Positions 57,397 through 64,000 of a stretch of 64,000 nt of DNA are shown piece by piece. The stretch's first letter is position 1. Every line of letters starts with the position of its first letter. Origin of the DNA: an uncultured Candidatus Thioglobus sp. (lineage in GTDB: Bacteria > Pseudomonadota > Gammaproteobacteria > PS1 > Pseudothioglobaceae); contig CAZZER010000004.1 of assembly GCA_964653365.1 (NCBI GenBank), forward strand, positions 8,429-72,428, written 5' to 3'. A program made the position numbers and the translations under genes. Under the pieces are notes generated by a model. That model made no database searches and had not been told where the DNA came from. It saw only the letters and a list, made by a program, of their open reading frames with translations.

Positions 57397-58476
57397 ATGA
57401 GTCAAATTTTCAATTTTAGTGCTGGCCCATCTACACTGCCTAAACCCGTTTTGCAAAAAATTCAGCGTGACCTGCTTGAGTTTGGGAATGCAAAAGCCTC
57501 TGCAATTGAAATATCACACCGAGGGGTGGATTTTATGGCTCTGGCAAAAAAGGCAGAGCAGGATTTAAGAGATTTAATGGCAATCCCTGACAATTACAAA
57601 GTATTGTTCTTGCAGGGGGGTGCCTCTCAGCAATTCTCAATGGTCCCAATCAATTTACTGTGTGGCAAGAAAACAGCTAATTATAGCCATACTGGACATT
57701 GGTCGGATAAAGCGATTAAAGAGGGTGCTCGCTACTGTGATGTGAACATTTGCACCAGTAGTAAAGATAGTGGCTTTACGGATATTCAAGATTACTCTGA
57801 TTGGAATATTGACGAAAATGCGGCTTATTTACATTTCACGCCGAATGAGACGATTGCAGGCCTGGAGTTTGATTATGTTCCTTCAGTCAACATGCCGGTA
57901 GTTGCTGACATGTCTTCCTCAATACTCTCTCGACCAATTGATGTGTCAAAATTCGGCGTTATTTATGCAGGTGCACAAAAAAATATCGGTGCTGCCGGCT
58001 TGACCGTTGTCATTGTTAGAGAAGATTTAATTGGTAATTCAATGCCCAACCAACCCATACTTTTTGATTACGGTTCGCAAGCATACAATGATTCAATGTA
58101 CAACACCCCTTGTACATTTGCTTGGTATGCTGCAGCTTTGGTTTTTGAGTGGTTAAAAGACTTGGGTGGCATTGAAGCAATTGCCAAACAAAATGAGAAA
58201 AAATCTCAACTATTGTATCAAACCATTGATCAATCTGATTTTTATTCAAATAATATCAACCCTCGTTACCGCTCATGGATGAACGTGCCATTTTTTCTAG
58301 CCGATGATAAATTGAATACTAAGTTTATTGAGCTTGCGTTTGATGCAGGTCTGTTGGCACTAAAAGGCCATAAAGCTGTTGGTGGAATGAGGGCCAGTAT
58401 CTATAATGCTATGCCAACTGAAGGTGTAGAAGCTTTAGTGAACTTTATGAAAGAATTTGAGAGATCAAAAGCTTAA
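57397..58476 (+). CDS. serC: Phosphoserine aminotransferase
   Basis: MSQIFNFSAGPSTLP... and GAQKNIGAAGLTVVIVRED. Confidence 0.95.
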   Translation: MSQIFNFSAGPSTLPKPVLQKIQRDLLEFGNAKASAIEISHRGVDFMALAKKAEQDLRDLMAIPDNYKVLFLQGGASQQFSMVPINLLCGKKTANYSHTGHWSDKAIKEGARYCDVNICTSSKDSGFTDIQDYSDWNIDENAAYLHFTPNETIAGLEFDYVPSVNMPVVADMSSSILSRPIDVSKFGVIYAGAQKNIGAAGLTVVIVREDLIGNSMPNQPILFDYGSQAYNDSMYNTPCTFAWYAAALVFEWLKDLGGIEAIAKQNEKKSQLLYQTIDQSDFYSNNINPRYRSWMNVPFFLADDKLNTKFIELAFDAGLLALKGHKAVGGMRASIYNAMPTEGVEALVNFMKEFERSKA

Positions 58477-58521
58477 AGAGGACACATAAGTCGCTCAAAT
58501 CTAATAAAATTCACAACTAGC

Positions 58522-59601
58522 ATGAAAGAACAAGCCTTAAAAGACTTAAGAAAGAAAATTGACGACCTGGACGAACAAATTCAGGCGCTCATTTCAGCGC
58601 GCGCTGATCTAGCAGCCGAAGTTGCAAAGGTTAAAAAAGAAACCAACACGCAAAGTGTTTTTTATAGACCTGAAAGAGAGGCGCAAGTTTTATCTCGGGT
58701 GATTGAGCGCAACCAAAGTCTGCTAAAAGATAGGGATGTTGGCCACATATTTCGGGAAATAATGTCTGCATGTCTAGCCCTTGAGCAACCCCTTAAAATT
58801 GCATTTCTAGGGCCTGAAGGCACCTTTACACAAGAGGCTGCATTAAAGCATTTTGGCCACGCTGTTTCTACGCTTGACTGTGGCAATATTGACGAAATCT
58901 TTCATCAAGTTGAAACAGACAATGCCCACTATGGTGTTGCCCCGATTGAAAACTCATCAAACGGTGTTATTGGTGGCACTCTTGACCTTCTATACAGCCA
59001 CAAACTAAATATTTGTGGAGAGGTTGAGATTGCAATCGCCCATCAGTTGATGATGCAAGATCAGACACAAGAAATTAAAGTGATTTATGCTCACCAACAA
59101 GCGCTTGATCAATGTCGGCGTTGGCTTGCTAATCACCACCCAAATGTAGAATTGAAGGCTGTAGCCTCAAACGCGCTTGCGGCACGTTTGGTCAAGGATG
59201 AGGCAAATTCAGCAGCGATTGCTTCTGAAGCAGCTCTTGGCCTGTATGGTTTGCAACGGGTGGCAAAAAATATTGAAGACAAGGCGGGCAATGTAACTCG
59301 ATTTGTTGTAATTGGCAAAGATACTGTGCCTGCCGGTGGTACGGATAAAACCTCACTGTTAATTGCTACCAAACACAAAGCTGGTGCACTTTTTGACTTG
59401 CTAGAACCATTTAAAGCACAAAATATTAATTTACTGCAATTGGCACGGCATCCGATTCCTGGCGTCAAATGGGAATACCTATTCTTTATAGATGTTGAGG
59501 GTCATCAAAATGATATGAATCTTAGTGCCGCCCTGAAAGAAGTTGAGAGTCGTGTTTCTGAACTTAATGTTCTTGGCTCATACCCAGCAGCCGTTTTATG
59601 A
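58522..59601 (+). CDS. pheA: Bifunctional chorismate mutase / prephenate dehydratase
   Basis: N-terminal CM helix LRKKIDDLDEQIQALISARADLA, a PDT domain IAFLGPEGTFT, and a C-terminal ACT domain. Confidence 0.9.
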   Translation: MKEQALKDLRKKIDDLDEQIQALISARADLAAEVAKVKKETNTQSVFYRPEREAQVLSRVIERNQSLLKDRDVGHIFREIMSACLALEQPLKIAFLGPEGTFTQEAALKHFGHAVSTLDCGNIDEIFHQVETDNAHYGVAPIENSSNGVIGGTLDLLYSHKLNICGEVEIAIAHQLMMQDQTQEIKVIYAHQQALDQCRRWLANHHPNVELKAVASNALAARLVKDEANSAAIASEAALGLYGLQRVAKNIEDKAGNVTRFVVIGKDTVPAGGTDKTSLLIATKHKAGALFDLLEPFKAQNINLLQLARHPIPGVKWEYLFFIDVEGHQNDMNLSAALKEVESRVSELNVLGSYPAAVL

Positions 59602-60662
59602 AGATTCGACAATCCATTATTGACTTGCAAGCCTATCAAGGAGGTAAGCCAACCACTGAGTTGAAGCGCGAACTGGGCCTTGAAAGGATTATAAAGCTCG
59701 CTTCTAATGAAAATCCAATGGGTGTTAGCCCACTTGTATCCGAAGCAATGGTTGCATCTATCGCTGACTCCAACCGATACCCAGATGGCAACAGTTATGC
59801 ACTTAAAAACGCGCTCTCTAATCACTTTGGCGTATCGCCAGAAACGTTAACACTTGGCAATGGATCTAACGAGTTGCTATGCCTGATCGCGAAGGTATTT
59901 GTTGAAAACAAACAAGACGAGGTCATTTTTTCACAGTACGCCTTCCCAGTCTACGCTATGGCAACAAAGACGTTAAGCGCAACTGCTGTTGTTATCCCTG
60001 CACGAAACTTTGGCCATGATTTACAAGCAATGCTCGAGGCAATAACCGACAATACCAAACTTATCTTTGTTGCTAACCCTAACAACCCGACTGGCACATT
60101 GCTTTCCGATGACGAGCTACATTCATTCCTCGAGAGAGTTCCTGGGGAGATTCCAGTTGTTTTGGATCAAGCTTATATTGAATATTTGAATAAAGAAGAC
60201 GTCGCAATTGATTGGCTTAATGCATTCAGCAACTTAATAATAACAAGGACTTTTTCCAAAGCTTATGGACTTGCAGGCCTTCGGGTAGGTTATGCAATAT
60301 CAAGTTCAGAAATTGCTGATTTAATCAACCGTGTGCGAGACCCTTTTAACGTCAACAGCATTGCACAAAGTGCTGCTATTGCTGCCCTAAATGATTCTGA
60401 GCATTTGCAAAAGGCAGTTGGGTTAAATTCTGCTGGACTAAAACAACTCGAACGTGGCTTTGAAAAACTGGGTATAAATTTCATTCATTCTTTTGCAAAC
60501 TTTGTTGCCATTGAAGTCACTAATGCCATTGATACTTACAAGAAGTTGTTAAGAAAAGGCGTGATTGTCCGCCCAGTTGAAATGCCAAACTACCTAAGAG
60601 TTTCTGTTGGCACCGAGGCAGAAAATGACTGTCTTTTGGAGGCCTTAGCAACAGTATTATGA
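59598..60662 (+). CDS. hisC: Histidinol-phosphate/aromatic aminotransferase
   Basis: KLASNENPMG and TFSKAYGLAGLRVGY. 4-nt overlaps with pheA and tyrA. Confidence 0.9.
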   Translation: MKIRQSIIDLQAYQGGKPTTELKRELGLERIIKLASNENPMGVSPLVSEAMVASIADSNRYPDGNSYALKNALSNHFGVSPETLTLGNGSNELLCLIAKVFVENKQDEVIFSQYAFPVYAMATKTLSATAVVIPARNFGHDLQAMLEAITDNTKLIFVANPNNPTGTLLSDDELHSFLERVPGEIPVVLDQAYIEYLNKEDVAIDWLNAFSNLIITRTFSKAYGLAGLRVGYAISSSEIADLINRVRDPFNVNSIAQSAAIAALNDSEHLQKAVGLNSAGLKQLERGFEKLGINFIHSFANFVAIEVTNAIDTYKKLLRKGVIVRPVEMPNYLRVSVGTEAENDCLLEALATVL

Positions 60663-61510
60663 TGAATAAAGTTTGTATTATTGGTGTTGGCCTAATCGGT
60701 GGCTCTTTGGCTAAATCGATGATTAAAACCCAACAAGCCAATCATGTTATTGGCTTTGGCCGAAGCCCAAAAAGACTACATGAAGCTCAAAACAACGGTG
60801 TTATTACCGACTATACCACCGACATTAAAGATGCGCTTGATGGCGCAGATTTAGTTGTGATTGCGACACCAGTTGGTAGTTTTGAGTCTATTCTCAGAGA
60901 TATCCATCCTCATCTTAATCCTTCGACAATTATTACTGATGTTGGCAGCACAAAAGAAAGCGTTATTAAGGTTGTAGAGTCTGTTTTTGGTAATTTACCT
61001 GACAACTTTGTGCCGGCCCACCCAATTGCGGGCAAAGAAAAGAGTGGCTTTGAAGCAAGTGATAGTGAGCTCTTTGCCAATAGAAAAGTGATTATCACTC
61101 CCACCGAATGTAGTTCGAGTGAAGCTGTCGAAACAGTATCACATATCTGGCAAACAACAGGAGCAACTGTCGATATGATGAGTGCTACTTCCCATGATGA
61201 ATTATTAGGAATGACATCTCATTTACCTCATATGCTTGCATTCTCCATTATGAATTATCTTATCTCTCAAAACCCAAATGCCAGCTTATATGCTGCAGGG
61301 GGCTTTAGGGACTTTTCTCGAATCGCTTCTGGCGACCCAATTATGTGGCGTGATATTTGTCTTAACAATAAAGATGCTATCATTAAACATATAAAGGGCT
61401 ATAGGGCTACTCTGGATAATTTAATTGATGCTATTGAAGCTGAAGAAGCTACAACCATCGAAACCTTGTTTACAGATGCAAAAACCACTCGCGATAAGTG
61501 GTTGGTTTAA
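60659..61510 (+). CDS. tyrA: Prephenate dehydrogenase
   Basis: VCIIGVGLIGGSLA, DVGSTK and AHPIAG. Confidence 0.85.
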   Translation: MMNKVCIIGVGLIGGSLAKSMIKTQQANHVIGFGRSPKRLHEAQNNGVITDYTTDIKDALDGADLVVIATPVGSFESILRDIHPHLNPSTIITDVGSTKESVIKVVESVFGNLPDNFVPAHPIAGKEKSGFEASDSELFANRKVIITPTECSSSEAVETVSHIWQTTGATVDMMSATSHDELLGMTSHLPHMLAFSIMNYLISQNPNASLYAAGGFRDFSRIASGDPIMWRDICLNNKDAIIKHIKGYRATLDNLIDAIEAEEATTIETLFTDAKTTRDKWLV

Positions 61511-61531
61511 TAGAGGCAGTAAAAGGAAAAT

Positions 61532-62836
61532 ATGAGTAGTTTTGTAGTATCACACGCGCAGTCGTTAAAAGGCTCAGTCAAGGTCCCTGGCGACAAATCA
61601 ATATCTCACCGCTCAATCATGTTGGGTTCAATAGCCGATGGCATTACTCATGTAAAAGGTTTTTTACAGGGCGAGGATGCGTTATCGACCCTTAAGGCGT
61701 TTCAAGATATGGGTGTTGTCATCGAACGAGAGGACTCTAATGTCACTATTCATGGTGTTGGCATGGATGGACTTAAAGCACCCAACCAACCTCTTAATCT
61801 CGGCAATTCTGGTACTTCAATACGCCTAATATCAGGACTACTCAGTGCCCAAAACTTTAGCAGTGAAATGCATGGTGACGAATCCCTTTCAAAAAGACCA
61901 ATGGGCAGGGTTATTGATCCCTTAACAGCTATGGGCGCTGAAATAGAATCTCAAGATGGCAAACCACCGTTAATAATTAAAGGCGGGAAAAACCTTAAAG
62001 CCATTGACTATAGACTGCCTGTAGCTTCTGCGCAAATTAAGTCTTGTCTGCTACTGGCTGGCCTTTACGCCAAGGGCACAACTTCTGTCACAGAAGGTGG
62101 AATAACTAGAGATCATACTGAAAGAATGTTAAGAGGCTTTGGCTATGAAGTATTAAGTAAGAACGGTCGAATATCACTAACAGGCGGCAAATCATTGACT
62201 GCTTGCGATATTGAAGTACCTAGTGACATCTCATCTGCAGCATTTTTTATGGTGGCTGGCTGCATTGCTAAAGATTCTGACATCACCCTTGAAGCAGTAA
62301 ATATCAATCCAACCCGAACCGGTGTGATTGACATCTTAAAACTAATGAACGGCAAAATCGAACTAAGCAATGAGCGCCTATCCGGTGGTGAATTGGTGGC
62401 TGATATTCGCGTACAATCTTCAAATTTGAAAGGGATCCACATTCCGGAAAATTTAGTGCCGCTTGCTATTGATGAATTTCCATCACTCTTTATTGCCGCA
62501 AGTTGTGCAGAGGGAGAAACTGTCTTAACTGGCGCAAGAGAGTTGCGTGTTAAAGAGTCCGATCGTATCCAAGTGATGGCTGATGGTTTAGATATTCTGG
62601 GCATTAAAAATGAAGTCCTGGATGACGGTATCCGTATAGAGGGTGGTATATTTTCTAAACCTCAATCGCCCATTGAATCACACCATGACCATCGTATTTC
62701 TATGTCTTTCGCTATAGCATCTGTGGCTTGTGAACATGACATTGAAATTAGCGGGGTAGATAATGTAAAAACATCTTTTCCAAATTTTGCTGAGCTGTGT
62801 ACACAAATTGGCATGAATATCAGCGAAATAAATTGA
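61532..62836 (+). CDS. aroA: 3-phosphoshikimate 1-carboxyvinyltransferase (EPSP synthase)
   Basis: VPGDKSISHRSIMLG, LGNSGTSIRL and RVKESDRI. Confidence 0.95.
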   Translation: MSSFVVSHAQSLKGSVKVPGDKSISHRSIMLGSIADGITHVKGFLQGEDALSTLKAFQDMGVVIEREDSNVTIHGVGMDGLKAPNQPLNLGNSGTSIRLISGLLSAQNFSSEMHGDESLSKRPMGRVIDPLTAMGAEIESQDGKPPLIIKGGKNLKAIDYRLPVASAQIKSCLLLAGLYAKGTTSVTEGGITRDHTERMLRGFGYEVLSKNGRISLTGGKSLTACDIEVPSDISSAAFFMVAGCIAKDSDITLEAVNINPTRTGVIDILKLMNGKIELSNERLSGGELVADIRVQSSNLKGIHIPENLVPLAIDEFPSLFIAASCAEGETVLTGARELRVKESDRIQVMADGLDILGIKNEVLDDGIRIEGGIFSKPQSPIESHHDHRISMSFAIASVACEHDIEISGVDNVKTSFPNFAELCTQIGMNISEIN

Positions 62837-62874
62837 TAAGAATTGCCAAATAAATTACCTAAACAAATCATTAC

Positions 62875-63795
62875 ATGAGCAGCGATATTAATTCAAGAGT
62901 ACTAGCAAATGCAGAACCATTTTTTGCTTGGGATGTGGTTGCTTATTTGTTTGTTGCTCTTTTGTTAGCGTTTGTTATTGTTGTTCTTGATTTGCTTTTA
63001 TTTTCAAAAAATAGAAGTGCGATTAAGTCACAAGAAGCGGGGCAACGCAAATTACAAAACTGGGTGTATTTTCTTGTTTTTTTAAAGTTTTCCAAAGATG
63101 AAAAATACAATAATCGTCCAAAAATTGTACAGTGGTCAATTGAATTCTTCCCAATTTTGTTGTTGGTGATATTTATCCGTGGCTTTGTCTTTGAACCTTT
63201 TCGTGTACCCTCTAATTCTATGATGCCAACCTTATTAACTGGTGATTTTATTGTTGTTAATAAGTTTGATTATGGATTAAGATTACCGGTTACAAACACC
63301 CAATTAATCGAATTTTCAAAGCCAGAACGTGGCGATGTTGTTGTTTTCAGATATCCCAACTACGAGCGAAACAGGGTCTACCTTGGTGCGGATTTTATTA
63401 AGAGAGTCGTTGGGCTCCCCGGTGATAAGATCTCTTATCAAAAAGATAAGCTAATTATTAATGGAAATGCCGTCGAGTACAATAACATCGGACCTTACAA
63501 GGGGGTCGATTCAGGTCGCGCTATGAGTGGCTATAATCATGTTAGGGAGAACATCGAAGGTGGTAACCATGATGTTTTGCTCAGTCCAATTAAATTCTCA
63601 GTTCAATTCCCAGAAATAACCGTACCCGAGGACCATTACTTTGTGATGGGGGATAACAGATCAAACAGTGGCGATTCTAGAGCTTGGGGCTATGTGCCAG
63701 AAAGTTATATTATTGGTAAAGCGGTAGGTATTTGGATGCATTGGGATTGGAACTACAATGCTATGCAATTGTCCAGAATCGGTGGATTTGACTAA
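62875..63795 (+). CDS. lepB: Signal peptidase I
   Basis: SNSMMPTL (catalytic Ser), FIKRVVGLPGD (Lys box) and GDNRSNSGDSR. Confidence 0.9.
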   Translation: MSSDINSRVLANAEPFFAWDVVAYLFVALLLAFVIVVLDLLLFSKNRSAIKSQEAGQRKLQNWVYFLVFLKFSKDEKYNNRPKIVQWSIEFFPILLLVIFIRGFVFEPFRVPSNSMMPTLLTGDFIVVNKFDYGLRLPVTNTQLIEFSKPERGDVVVFRYPNYERNRVYLGADFIKRVVGLPGDKISYQKDKLIINGNAVEYNNIGPYKGVDSGRAMSGYNHVRENIEGGNHDVLLSPIKFSVQFPEITVPEDHYFVMGDNRSNSGDSRAWGYVPESYIIGKAVGIWMHWDWNYNAMQLSRIGGFD

Positions 63796-64000
63796 GATAT
63801 AAGCTTCAAATAAATATCCTTTAACGATTGCTTGGAATCGAAATGAATGATGATTTTCCCCGAGTCATTTTTACCAGGCTTAATTTCTACTTTTGAATTC
63901 AGTCTTTTGGAGAACGACTCTTTCATCTCTAGCCACTGAGGATTTAACTTTTTGATATTTTTTGGACTTGGATTTAGTGCCTGACGAACCAATACTTCAG
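63792..64000 (-). CDS. C-terminal end of a ParB-like protein (N-terminus beyond the window end)
   Basis: The frame stays open to base 64000; the track M is a TTG. The tail ...WLEMKESFSKRLNSKVEIKPGKNDSGKIIIHFDSKQSLKDIYLKL resembles the ParB C-terminal dimerisation segment. Only 69 codons are visible. Confidence 0.35.
   Translation of the reverse strand, partial: EVLVRQALNPSPKNIKKLNPQWLEMKESFSKRLNSKVEIKPGKNDSGKIIIHFDSKQSLKDIYLKLIS

Noticed and set aside
1-64000. Searched by eye for CRISPR arrays, tRNA or rRNA genes, and phage or defence-system hallmarks
   Set aside because: No regularly spaced short repeats, no tRNA-like T-arm or acceptor patterns in intergenic regions, and no nuclease, ATPase or methylase clusters were found. 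The only nuclease-fold ORF is the small housekeeping-type GIY-YIG protein.

Overview
AT-rich bacterial chromosomal segment. The housekeeping synteny is gammaproteobacterial in style (serC-pheA-hisC-tyrA-aroA, glyA-nrdR, radA, lepB), but the organism cannot be named from sequence alone. All calls rest on reading the supplied translations, my own translation of unlisted frames, and motif recall; no searches were run.

Bases 1-39200 form an organosulfonate and sulfite island:
- metH (partial, missing from the ORF track).
- tauABC, a dimethylglycine-dehydrogenase-like flavoenzyme, and a MocR-type tauR divergent from tpa-ald-xsc.
- sat-aprM-aprB-aprA.
- soeABC-like cytoplasmic molybdoenzyme genes.
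- A HutC/GntR regulator.
- A TTT transporter (tctABC) followed by a 968-aa fusion of a CoA-acylating aldehyde dehydrogenase and an AMP-forming CoA ligase.
- A second, nucleotide-identical xsc, then pta.
- etfBA and ETF-QO.

The strongest observations are:
1. A 16-bp perfect palindrome lies just after the -10 of three look-alike promoters (sat-apr, soe, and tct-fusion-xsc). This defines a candidate GntR regulon.
2. The fusion protein has SauS-then-SauT architecture, suggesting a sulfoacetate-type pathway.
3. A 1803-bp perfect direct repeat carrying xsc brackets a 20.1-kb segment. Deleting that segment would restore a canonical tpa-ald-xsc-pta operon.
4. A shared direct-repeat box upstream of tauA and tpa is a candidate TauR site.

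The rest of the window holds a two-component system, an orphan sortase-fold ORF lacking the catalytic His and Cys, and a TmpA/TmpB- or PhnY*/PhnZ-type oxidative C-P cleavage pair with an alkaline-phosphatase-family gene. It also holds bcp, an MFS transporter, dadA-alr-ridA, glyA, nrdR, radA, riboswitch-controlled btuB-btuR, the aromatic amino-acid cluster, lepB and a partial parB-like gene. I found no rRNA, tRNA, CRISPR array, transposase or integrase.
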